NCBI GenBank assembly: GCA_042216675.1
Contig: JBDGTS010000057.1
Location: 1-29,658, forward strand
DNA: 29,658 nucleotides
DNA from: Halobacteriaceae archaeon
Lineage (GTDB): Archaea > Halobacteriota > Halobacteria > Halobacteriales > Halobacteriaceae
Direction: 5' to 3'
Below, piece after piece: positions 1-7,536 of this stretch; positions within the stretch are counted from its first letter, which is position 1; the number at the start of each line of letters is the position of its first letter. A program made the position numbers and the translations under genes. The notes beneath the pieces are model-generated. The model was not told where the DNA came from and searched no databases. It saw nothing but the letters and a program-made list of their open reading frames with translations.

Positions 1-1501
1 TCCGGAGGAGCGTGTAGAACGCCCACGTCCGGATGATGTCGTGGCCCTGCGGGCGGAGCTGGACCGGTTCGAACTCCTCCTCGGGCCACCCGGCGACGTG
101 CATCGCGGAGATGGAGGAGTCCATCCACGTGTCCATCACGTCGGTTTCTGGCTCCCACTCCGCGGCGCCACACTCGGGACAGGCTGTCTCGGGCGTCTCG
201 TCGGTGGGTTCGACGGGCAGGTCCTCGACGTCGGCGACGTGCGTGTGTCCGCAGTCCGCGCAGTACCAGACGGGGAACGGCGTCGCGAAGACGCGTTGCC
301 GGGAGATGACCCAGTCCCACTCCATCCCCTCGGTCCAGTCTTCGAGGCGGTCGTACATGTGCTCGGGAATCCACTCGACGTCCTGCGCTCTGTCGAGGAC
401 CGCCTCGCCGTCGACCTCCACGAACCACTGCTCTTTCGAGAGAATCTCGATGGGCGTGTCACACCGCCAGCAGGCCCCGACGGACTGCTCGGTGGGTTCC
501 GTCTCGACGAGATGCCCCTCCTCGTCGAGAGTCTCGGCGATGGCCGTCTTCGCCTTGTCGATGGAGAGACCCTCGTAGGGACCGGCGTTCTCGTTGAGGT
601 GGCCGTCCTCGGTGAACACGGCGCGCAGGTCGAGGTCGTACTCCGCCCACCAGTCCACGTCCTGCTTGTCGCCGAAGGTACAGATCATCACCGCGCCCGT
701 CCCGAAGTCGGGGTCGACTTCCTCGTCCGCGATGAGTTCGACTTCCTGCCCGAAGATGGGGACTTCGAAGGTGTCGCCCACGCGGTCCGCGAAGCGTTCG
801 TCCTCGGGGTCGACGGCCATCGAGACGCACGCCGCGAGCAGTTCGGGCCGCGTCGTCGCGATGTCGATGTCGTCGTTGCCGACGCCCTCGAAGGTGAGGT
901 AGTAGAGGGTGCCCTCCTGTTCGATGGGTTCGACTTCGGCGTCCGCGATGGCGGTCTGACAGCGGGGACACCAGTTGACGGGGTGTTCGTCGCGGTACAC
1001 CCGGTCGTCCTCGGCCATCTCGACGAAGGAGCGCTGGGTCTTGCCCCAGTACTCGGGGTCCATCGTGCGGAACTCCTGGGTCCAGTCCTGCGAGAAGCCC
1101 AGTCGCTCCATCGTCTCCTTCATCTGGTCTATCATCCCCTCCGTGTGCTCGATGCACATCTGCCGGAACTCGTCGCGGGGGACGTCGGTGCGGTGGATGC
1201 CCTCGTTCTCCTCGACTTTCACCTCGGTCGGGAGGCCGTGGCAGTCCCAGCCCTGCGGGAACGACACGTCGCGGCCCTGCAGGCGCTGATACCGGGCGAT
1301 GAAGTCCATGTAACACCACCCCAGCGCGTTCCCGATGTGGAGGTTGCCCGTCGGGTACGGCGGCGGTGTGTCGATGACGTAGTCCGTCGCGCCGGTGTCG
1401 CTGTACTCGTACACGTCGCTGTCGCCCCACTCTGCGCGCCAGCGCTCTTCGGCGGTGGCGGGGTCGTAGGAGTCGGGAAACTCGGGGTTGTTCTCAGACA
1501 T
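1..1501 (-). CDS. valS: Valine--tRNA ligase (5' part; runs off the window start)
   Basis: Manual minus-strand translation from ATG at 1501: [21 protein letters not shown]...[20 protein letters not shown]...[15 protein letters not shown]...[14 protein letters not shown]...WVISRQR...[10 protein letters not shown]...[13 protein letters not shown]. Class Ia HIGH-type motif (HIGN) and ValRS signatures. Absent from the ORF track because there is no stop in the window. Confidence 0.96.
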   Translation of the reverse strand, partial: MSENNPEFPDSYDPATAEERWRAEWGDSDVYEYSDTGATDYVIDTPPPYPTGNLHIGNALGWCYMDFIARYQRLQGRDVSFPQGWDCHGLPTEVKVEENEGIHRTDVPRDEFRQMCIEHTEGMIDQMKETMERLGFSQDWTQEFRTMDPEYWGKTQRSFVEMAEDDRVYRDEHPVNWCPRCQTAIADAEVEPIEQEGTLYYLTFEGVGNDDIDIATTRPELLAACVSMAVDPEDERFADRVGDTFEVPIFGQEVELIADEEVDPDFGTGAVMICTFGDKQDVDWWAEYDLDLRAVFTEDGHLNENAGPYEGLSIDKAKTAIAETLDEEGHLVETEPTEQSVGACWRCDTPIEILSKEQWFVEVDGEAVLDRAQDVEWIPEHMYDRLEDWTEGMEWDWVISRQRVFATPFPVWYCADCGHTHVADVEDLPVEPTDETPETACPECGAAEWEPETDVMDTWMDSSISAMHVAGWPEEEFEPVQLRPQGHDIIRTWAFYTLLR

Positions 1502-1574
1502 ATGTCTCACGGTCGGTTGGACCGACGAGGAAGGCGTGGGGCTGTCGGTCGGCTACCGACGTACTACCGACAGC
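1502..1574 (-). promoter_or_regulatory. Attenuator-like alternative RNA helices in the valS 5' leader
   Basis: Seg1 GCUGUCGGU (1574-1566) pairs with seg2 ACCGACAGC (1549-1541). Seg2 GACCGAC (1550-1544) pairs with seg3 GUCGGUC (1526-1520). Seg3 GUCGGU pairs with seg4 ACCGAC (1517-1512), next to the valS start. Confidence 0.65.
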
Positions 1575-1585
1575 ATCACGCTCAT
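1553..1585 (-). CDS. Putative valS leader peptide MSVMLSVVRR (10 aa)
   Basis: ATG AGC GTG ATG CTG TCG GTA GTA CGT CGG TAG; 3 Val codons including tandem GTA GTA. TATA-like TTTAAG (1615-1610) lies 25 nt upstream of this ATG. The stop is 51 nt before the valS ATG. Confidence 0.7.
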   Translation of the reverse strand: MSVMLSVVRR

Positions 1586-1712
1586 GTCCGGGTGAAGCGG
1601 CCCGCTTCGCTTAAACCTTCCCGTCCGACGCGCCGTGCGACGTTTTTACACGCCAAAAATTATTTTCCGTTTGCATAACTTTAAGTGGGTGGCAGACGAA
1701 CAGTGGAGTGTA

Positions 1713-2246
1713 ATGAGCACCCAGAAGACCGTTCTGAAGGAGGCTGGCACAGTCGGCGAGAACCCCGTGCGACTCGACGAGGAGAAGGCCGAACAGGTCA
1801 TCGACGCGCTGAACACCGACCTCGCGGACGCGTACACGCTGTACCATCAGGTCCAGAAGCACCACTGGAACGTCGAGGGCGCGGAGTTCCGTGACCTGCA
1901 CCTGTTCCTCGGCGACCTGTCGGGAGAACTCGAAGAGGCCGCGGACGCACTGGCCGAACGCGCGCAGGCCCTCGGTGGCGTGCCCCACGCCAGTATGGCA
2001 ACACTCTCCGAGAACGCCACGCTCGACCCCGAGGACGAGGACGTGTACGATATCCGCACGTCCCTCGAACACGACCTCGACATGCTCGGGGACGTCATCG
2101 AGAGCTACCGCGACCACATCGAACTCACCGAGGGCCTCGGCGACCACGCCACGGCGCAGATGCTCCGTGAGCAGTTAGTGGAACTCGAGGAGTTCGCGCA
2201 CGAGATCGAGCACTACCTCGAAGACGACACGCTGGTGCAGGCCTAA
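1713..2246 (+). CDS. dpsA: Dps-family ferritin-like DNA protection protein DpsA
   Basis: MSTQKTVLKEAGTV...LYHQVQKHHWNVEGAEFRDLHLFL...DALAERAQALGGVP (Dps ferroxidase motifs). TTTAAG at 1680-1685 fits a start at ATG 1713 rather than 1635. Confidence 0.95.
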   Translation: MSTQKTVLKEAGTVGENPVRLDEEKAEQVIDALNTDLADAYTLYHQVQKHHWNVEGAEFRDLHLFLGDLSGELEEAADALAERAQALGGVPHASMATLSENATLDPEDEDVYDIRTSLEHDLDMLGDVIESYRDHIELTEGLGDHATAQMLREQLVELEEFAHEIEHYLEDDTLVQA

Positions 2247-2389
2247 GGCGTCGGCTCGACGGTCAGGTCGCTGGCGATCCAGCCGTCGGAGTTGCCGTCC
2301 TCCACGAAGACAGTTCTGCCGGGGCACGATTCGCAGGCGGCCACGCTCGGCCGCTCGGGCTTCTCCTGCGACGCGGTGTCTGCGTCCAT
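2243..2389 (-). CDS. Small 48-aa haloarchaeal protein with CxxC (MDADTASQEKPERPSVAACESCPGRTVFVEDGNSDGWIASDLTVEPTP)
   Basis: Below the ORF-track cut-off. Acidic with GC3-rich codons. The TVFxEDGNSDGWIAxD motif resembles a recurrent haloarchaeal small-protein family (from memory). TATA-like TTTTAT at 2419-2414. Its stop overlaps the dpsA stop. Confidence 0.8.
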   Translation of the reverse strand: MDADTASQEKPERPSVAACESCPGRTVFVEDGNSDGWIASDLTVEPTP

Positions 2390-2397
2390 CGACTGCG

Positions 2398-2413
2398 TTT
2401 AGGGACACCTAAA
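2398..2413. promoter_or_regulatory. DtxR/Idr-type metal (iron) box TTTAGG-GACA-CCTAAA
   Basis: Perfect 6-4-6 palindrome between the TATA and ATG of the 48-aa ORF; the same motif recurs upstream of the iron-uptake genes. Confidence 0.8.
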
Positions 2414-2429
2414 ATAAAAGTGGTCCGGT

Positions 2430-2445
2430 TTTCGGCTCGCCTAAA
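2430..2445. promoter_or_regulatory. DtxR/Idr-type box TTTCGG-CTCG-CCTAAA
   Basis: 11/12 match to the palindrome, just upstream of the TATA-like TTTTAG (2457-2462) of the flavoprotein gene. Confidence 0.7.
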
Positions 2446-2485
2446 ATCCGGTGGGCTTTTAGCCGTTACCCCGCTCGTGTTCGGC

Positions 2486-3322
2486 ATGGCAGACGCCGAG
2501 GGGCGCGAGGTGGCCGTCGTCGGCGGCGGGCCGGCGGGGGCCGCGACGGCCGTCTTCACCGCCCGGGCCGGCCTCGACACGGCCGTCTTCGACCGGGGGC
2601 GCTCCTCACTCCGGCAGTGCGCCCACCTCGAGAACTACCCGGGCTTCCCCGCCGGCATCGACGTGGAGACGTTCTACGACCTGCTTCACGACCACCTCGA
2701 AACCGCCGGCGCCGACCTCCTCGCCGAGATGGTCACAGGCGTCGAACGCGCCGACGGGGGTTTTCGCGTCGAGACTGGTGAGGGCCGAGTCGTCCACGCC
2801 CGCCGGGTCGTCGCGGCCACCCGCTACGACGGCGAGTATCTCCGCGGCCTCGACGACGAGGACGCGATGTTCGTCGAGAGCGACGGCGAGTCGTACTTCG
2901 ACCGCTCCTACGCCGACCCGGACGGCACGACGCCCGTCGAGGGCCTCTACGTCGCCTCGCCCGCGGACCCGACGAGCCAGCAAGCCATCATGGCCGCCGG
3001 GCGGGGGGCCCGCGTCGGCCGCGTCGTGGCCGGTGACGCGCGGCGCGAGGCGGGCTACCCCGACCCGTTCGCGGAACGCGTGGACTGGCTCCGCCGCGAG
3101 AGCGCCCGCGGCGGCGACGAGCGAGCGCACTGGCGGGAGTACTGGGACGAGAACGCGCCCGACGACGCCGACGAGGCCCTCCGCGAGGCGGAAATCGAGG
3201 ACCGCCTCGACCGCTACGTCACCGACGCGGACATCGAGCGCCGCCGGCGCGCCGCCCACGAGCGGATTCTGGACCACCTCGACAACGACCTGATTCGGGC
3301 GTACCTCGACGAACGGGTTTAG
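2486..3322 (+). CDS. Thioredoxin-reductase-like FAD-dependent oxidoreductase
   Basis: VAVVGGGPAG Rossmann motif, LENYPGFP motif, and TPVEGLYVA...QAIMAAGRGA second FAD segment, followed by an acidic C-terminal extension. ATG 2486 chosen from TATA spacing. Confidence 0.85.
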   Translation: MADAEGREVAVVGGGPAGAATAVFTARAGLDTAVFDRGRSSLRQCAHLENYPGFPAGIDVETFYDLLHDHLETAGADLLAEMVTGVERADGGFRVETGEGRVVHARRVVAATRYDGEYLRGLDDEDAMFVESDGESYFDRSYADPDGTTPVEGLYVASPADPTSQQAIMAAGRGARVGRVVAGDARREAGYPDPFAERVDWLRRESARGGDERAHWREYWDENAPDDADEALREAEIEDRLDRYVTDADIERRRRAAHERILDHLDNDLIRAYLDERV

Positions 3323-3333
3323 GTCTGCCCAAA
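3318..3333. promoter_or_regulatory. DtxR/Idr-type box TTTAGG-TCTG-CCCAAA
   Basis: 11/12 match, overlapping the stop of the upstream gene and lying upstream of the TATA (TTTTTAT, ~3345-3351) of the SBP gene. Confidence 0.7.
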
Positions 3334-3353
3334 AATCGGAGGCCTTTTTATTC

Positions 3354-3369
3354 TTTAGGCTGGCCTAAA
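3354..3369. promoter_or_regulatory. DtxR/Idr-type box TTTAGG-CTGG-CCTAAA
   Basis: Perfect palindrome between the TATA and ATG 3375, a repressor position. Confidence 0.85.
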
Positions 3370-3374
3370 CTACT

Positions 3375-4463
3375 ATGCGACGACGCGACTTCATGGCCGC
3401 AGGCGGTGCCGCACTGACAGCAGGACTCGCGGGCTGTTCCAGCCTCAGCGGCGGGAGCAGCGGCGGCGACGTGACCCACACCGTGTCGATGGAGCCGGTG
3501 GGCGAAGTCGGACTCACGGGCGTCCCCGAGACGGTGGCGACGTACTTCCCGAGTTACGCCGAGATGGCGGTGGCGCTCGGCCACGGCGACGCCGTGGCGT
3601 CCGTCGGCGTGAAGTCCCGCTACCACACCGACGTGTACGACGAACTCGACGGCGTCTCGCTCGACAAGTCGGCGCTGACGCCCCTCTGGGACGGCGGCAT
3701 CGACACCGAGGTGTTCCACAACATCGACGCCGACCTCCACCTCATCGACCCCAACTGGCTCACGAACAACTTCAAGGGCATCGCGCAGTCCGACGTCGAG
3801 AGCCTCACCGACCGCGTCGCGCCGTTCCTCGGCAACACCATCTTCCGCCGCACTGACGACTGGCACGACTACCGCTACTACACGCTCTACGAGGCCTTCG
3901 AGAAGGTGGCGAAGGTGTTCCAAGAGCAGGACCGCTACGACGAGTTCGCCACCTTCCACGACGAGACGGTTTCGGCGGTACAGGACTCGCTCCCCGAGGA
4001 GCGACCGAGCGCCGCCCTCGTCTTCGAGTACAGCGACGAACCGACCGACTTCTCCCCCTCGCGCATCAGCGACGGCGGCACGAACAAGAAGCAGTTCCGG
4101 GACCTCGGCGTCATGGACGCCTTCGAAGGCACCGACATCGAAGGCATCTCCACGTCCCAGCGCGCCACCATCGGCTACGAGTCGCTCCTCGACGTCGACC
4201 CGGACGTCCTCCTCATTCGCGGGCACGAGGGCAAGACCCGCGAGGAGTTCGTGAACGGTCCCGTCGCCTTCATGAAGAACCACGACGTGGCGAGCCAACT
4301 CACCGCCGTCGAGAACGACGACGTGTACCGCGGCGGCCCCGTCTACGGCGGCCCGATTCAGCACCTGTTCCTGCTGGAGCGCTTCGGGTCGCTTCTGTTC
4401 CCCGACGCCGTCTCCGAACCGGTCTTCGACCGCGCCGAACTCGCGAGCATCATCACGGGCTGA
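3375..4463 (+). CDS. Iron-siderophore/Fe(III) ABC transporter substrate-binding Tat lipoprotein
   Basis: MRRRDFM twin-Arg signal plus LAGC lipobox; YESLLDVDPDVLL and LTAVENDDVY motifs of FhuD/FepB-type SBPs; followed by a FecCD permease and ATPase. Confidence 0.9.
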   Translation: MRRRDFMAAGGAALTAGLAGCSSLSGGSSGGDVTHTVSMEPVGEVGLTGVPETVATYFPSYAEMAVALGHGDAVASVGVKSRYHTDVYDELDGVSLDKSALTPLWDGGIDTEVFHNIDADLHLIDPNWLTNNFKGIAQSDVESLTDRVAPFLGNTIFRRTDDWHDYRYYTLYEAFEKVAKVFQEQDRYDEFATFHDETVSAVQDSLPEERPSAALVFEYSDEPTDFSPSRISDGGTNKKQFRDLGVMDAFEGTDIEGISTSQRATIGYESLLDVDPDVLLIRGHEGKTREEFVNGPVAFMKNHDVASQLTAVENDDVYRGGPVYGGPIQHLFLLERFGSLLFPDAVSEPVFDRAELASIITG

Positions 4464-4487
4464 CCGGGACCACAATTCCTTTATCTC

Positions 4488-4503
4488 TTTAGGGCGACCT
4501 AAA
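4488..4503. promoter_or_regulatory. DtxR/Idr-type box TTTAGG-GCGA-CCTAAA (internal promoter of the permease)
   Basis: Perfect palindrome downstream of TTTATC (~4480-4485) and 8 nt before ATG 4512. Confidence 0.85.
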
Positions 4504-4511
4504 CACCGTAC

Positions 4512-5645
4512 ATGGCCGGAGACGTCGACGGCGGACTCTCGAAGCGGTCGAGGAGGGTCCGCGACGACCCGCTCGTCGGCGTAATTCTCGGCGGCCTCGC
4601 GCTCACCTTCGTCGCCGGTCTCGTCCAGATCCGGTTCGGGGCGTACGAGATGCCCCTCGGCACCATCGTCGCCGCCCTCACCGACCGCGCGGTGTGGCTC
4701 GACCCGAAGGTGATGGCGACGCTGGTGGTGAACGACGACGCTCTCGCGCGATGGCTCGGCGTCTACGCCGACACCAGTCACCTCTCGGATCCGACGTTCG
4801 TGGTGTGGACGATGCGGCTTCCCCGCGTCCTCGTCGGCGTCCTCGTCGGCGCGAACCTCGCCGTCGCTGGCGCCGTGTTTCAGGCCATCACGCGCAACGA
4901 ACTCGCCAGCCCCTACGTGTTGGGAATCTCCTCGGGTGCGGGCCTCGCCGTCCTCATCGTCCTCACGATTGCCCCCGCCGCCGTGGGCCTCCTGCCTATC
5001 GCGGCGTCGCTGGGCGGCGCGGCGGCGTTCGTCCTCGTCTACGCCATCGCGTGGCGCGGCGGGACGAGTCCGGTGCGCCTCGTCCTCGCCGGCGTCGTCG
5101 TCGCGACGGTGGGGCAGTCCCTCCAGACGGGCCTGTTCTACCTCCTCGACAACAAGGCGGCCGTCTCGCGCGCCATCGAGTGGACCACCGGGTCGCTCAC
5201 CGGCGTCGGCTGGACGCAGTTCCACGTCGCCGTCCTCCCCACACTCGTCGTCCTCCCCCTGCTCGTCGTCTTCTCGCGGCAACTCGACGTGCTGATGCTG
5301 GGCGAACGCACCGCGAGTTCGCTCGGGATGCCCGTCGAGTACGTCCGCTTCGGCGTCGCGGCGCTGGCAATCGTCGCCACCGCCGCCGCCGTCGCCGTCG
5401 CGGGCCTCGTGAGTTTCGTCGGCCTCATCGTCCCGCACGTCGTCCGCACCGTCCTCGGTGGCTCGGACCAGCGCCGCCTGCTACTTGGCTGTCTGGCCGC
5501 CGGTCCCGCCCTCGTCGTCGCCGCGGACGTGATTGCGCGCCTCGCGCTCTCGCCCCTCCAACTGCCGGTGGGCATCGTCACCGGCCTCCTCGGCGGCCCG
5601 TACTTCCTGTATCTGCTCCGCCGCGCCGACCCGCTGACAACGTGA
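4512..5645 (+). CDS. FecCD/BtuC-family iron chelate ABC permease
   Basis: RLPRVLVGVLVGANLAVAGAVFQAITRNELASPYVLGISSGAG; LGERTASSLG; FVGLIVPH; LPVGIVTGLLGGPYFLYLL. Confidence 0.95.
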   Translation: MAGDVDGGLSKRSRRVRDDPLVGVILGGLALTFVAGLVQIRFGAYEMPLGTIVAALTDRAVWLDPKVMATLVVNDDALARWLGVYADTSHLSDPTFVVWTMRLPRVLVGVLVGANLAVAGAVFQAITRNELASPYVLGISSGAGLAVLIVLTIAPAAVGLLPIAASLGGAAAFVLVYAIAWRGGTSPVRLVLAGVVVATVGQSLQTGLFYLLDNKAAVSRAIEWTTGSLTGVGWTQFHVAVLPTLVVLPLLVVFSRQLDVLMLGERTASSLGMPVEYVRFGVAALAIVATAAAVAVAGLVSFVGLIVPHVVRTVLGGSDQRRLLLGCLAAGPALVVAADVIARLALSPLQLPVGIVTGLLGGPYFLYLLRRADPLTT

Positions 5646-5647
5646 CC

Positions 5648-6493
5648 ATGAGCGAACACGCACCCCAATCACGACGGACCGAGACAGAACCCGGCGACGC
5701 GCCCGACGACGCCGCCGTTCTCGCCACCGACATCGAACTCGGCTACGCAGGCGTCGAAGAACCGGTCGTGGACTGCGACACCGTCGTCGTCCCCGAGGGC
5801 GAGGTGACGGCACTCGTCGGCCCCAACGGCTCCGGCAAGTCGACGCTCCTGAAAGGACTCTCCCGCGACCTCACGCCCGACGAGGGCGAAGTCCTCCTCG
5901 ACGGCCGCGCCGTGCAGGAGTACGGCACCAAGGAGTACGCGCGCCGCCTCGGCGTCCTCTCCCAGCAGAACGAGTCCCCCGGCGACACGACGGTGGAGCG
6001 ACTCGTCGCCCACGGGCGCTACCCGCATCGGGGCGCCTTCGAGGGGATGAGCGAGGCCGACCACGAGGCCGTCGAGCGAGCGATGGAGCGGGCCGGCGTC
6101 GTCGACTTGCGCGACGAGCAGGTGGGCAACCTCAGCGGCGGCCAGAAGCAGTTGGCCTTCATCGCGATGGTCCTCGCACAGGAGACGGACGTCCTCTTGC
6201 TCGACGAACCGACGACGTACCTCGACTTGCACCACCAACTCCGCGTGATGGAGGTCGTTCGGGACCTCAACGAGTCCGCGAACGTCACCGTCTGCATCGT
6301 CCTCCACGACATCACGCAGGCCGCGCGCTACGCCGACTACCTCGTCGCCCTCGACGACGGCGAAATCTACGACTGGGGGCCGCCCGAGGACGTGGTGACC
6401 GAGCAACTGCTCGCCGACGTGTTCGAGGTGGACGCCGTCGTGGAGTACGACAGCGAACCCCGCATCGTCCCGCGCCGGGCGCGCACCGACTGA
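5648..6493 (+). CDS. Iron chelate ABC transporter ATP-binding protein (FhuC/FecE type)
   Basis: GPNGSGKST Walker A, LSGGQKQ signature, LLLDEPTTYLDLHHQ. True start is ATG 5648, inside track ORF 4694..6493. Confidence 0.95.
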   Translation: MSEHAPQSRRTETEPGDAPDDAAVLATDIELGYAGVEEPVVDCDTVVVPEGEVTALVGPNGSGKSTLLKGLSRDLTPDEGEVLLDGRAVQEYGTKEYARRLGVLSQQNESPGDTTVERLVAHGRYPHRGAFEGMSEADHEAVERAMERAGVVDLRDEQVGNLSGGQKQLAFIAMVLAQETDVLLLDEPTTYLDLHHQLRVMEVVRDLNESANVTVCIVLHDITQAARYADYLVALDDGEIYDWGPPEDVVTEQLLADVFEVDAVVEYDSEPRIVPRRARTD

Positions 6494-6535
6494 CGGACCG
6501 CAACCACTACCTGCCGTCCCCGCCCAGCGGTGAGC

Positions 6536-7429
6536 ATGCATCTCGGCGTCATCGGACTCGGGCGGATGGGACAGATCGTCGCCGGCCGCGCACTCGACGC
6601 GGGCCACGACGTCACCGTCTTCGACCTCGACCCGGAAGCCGTCGCCACGGCCGCCGACCGCGGCGCGGACCCGGCGGAGTCGGTCGAAGACCTCGCGGCG
6701 CGACTCGGCGAGGACCGCCGCATCTGGCTGATGGTCCCCGCGGGCGACGCCGTGGACGCCACGCTCGACGAACTCGACGGCCACGTCGGCCCCGACGACG
6801 TCATCGTGGACGGCGGCAACTCCCACTTCGAGGACTCCGTGCGCCGCGCGGAGGACTGCGACGCGGCCTACCTCGACTGTGGCACCTCCGGCGGCCCCGC
6901 GAGCGCCGAGGCCGGGTTCTCGTTGATGGTCGGCGGCCCCGAGTGGGCCTACGAGGCGATGGAGCCGGTCTTCGACGCCGTCGCCACCGGCCCGGCGGGC
7001 CACGACCGGATGGGGCCGGTCGGCTCCGGCCACTACGTCAAGATGGTTCACAACGGCGTCGAGTACGCGCTGATGCAGGCCTACGGGGAGGGCTTCGAGT
7101 TGCTCCACGAGGGCCGCTACGACCTCGACTTGGAGGCCGTCGCCCGGACGTGGAACAACGGCGCCGTCATCCGGTCGTGGCTCCTCGAACTCTGCGAGGA
7201 GGCGTTCCGCGAGGAGGGGTCTGACCTCGGCGACGTGGCGGACCGGGTCGAGGGCGGGTCGACGGGCACGTGGACCGTGCAGGAGGCCCTCGAACAGGAG
7301 GTGGCGCTCCCCCTCATCTATCAAGCCCTCGCCGAGCGCTTCGCGTCCCGTGACGAGCGCTTCTCCCGGCGTCTCGCGAACCGCCTGCGCTACGGCTTCG
7401 GCCGGCACGAGGTCCCGCGGACGGAGTAG
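6536..7429 (+). CDS. gnd: 6-phosphogluconate dehydrogenase, short decarboxylating type
   Basis: GVIGLGRMG; WLMVPAG; VDGGNSHF; DCGTSGG; GSGHYVKMVHNGVEYALMQAYGEG; LRYGFGRH. Confidence 0.93.
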   Translation: MHLGVIGLGRMGQIVAGRALDAGHDVTVFDLDPEAVATAADRGADPAESVEDLAARLGEDRRIWLMVPAGDAVDATLDELDGHVGPDDVIVDGGNSHFEDSVRRAEDCDAAYLDCGTSGGPASAEAGFSLMVGGPEWAYEAMEPVFDAVATGPAGHDRMGPVGSGHYVKMVHNGVEYALMQAYGEGFELLHEGRYDLDLEAVARTWNNGAVIRSWLLELCEEAFREEGSDLGDVADRVEGGSTGTWTVQEALEQEVALPLIYQALAERFASRDERFSRRLANRLRYGFGRHEVPRTE

Positions 7430-7536
7430 CGGGCGGGCCAGTGACGGCGCGTTAGCGCCGATTTTGCTCCAGCTTTTTGCGCCGCTTCGGCGCAAAAAGG
7501 TGGTCGGTCGACACGAGGTCCCGCGGACGGAGTAGC
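7406..7536. repeat. 25-bp direct repeat of the gnd 3' end flanking an 81-bp hairpin insert
   Basis: CACGAGGTCCCGCGGACGGAGTAGC at 7406-7430 and 7512-7536. The insert has CGGCGC-GTTA-GCGCCG (7445-7460) and CTTTTTGCGCCG-CTT-CGGCGCAAAAAG (7473-7499). Confidence 0.9.

Noticed and set aside
1502-1585. T-box riboswitch or intrinsic terminator upstream of valS
   Set aside because: Too short, no T-box consensus (UGGNACC) and no U-tract; a uORF-based model fits better.
41-1678. 545-aa plus-strand ORF and the other long ORFs antisense or out of frame to real genes (e.g. 3348..5438, 5669..7495, 11532..14264, 23574..25478, most of 25604..28105)
   Set aside because: Shadow ORFs caused by high GC3 codon bias; no family motifs, and they overlap well-supported genes.
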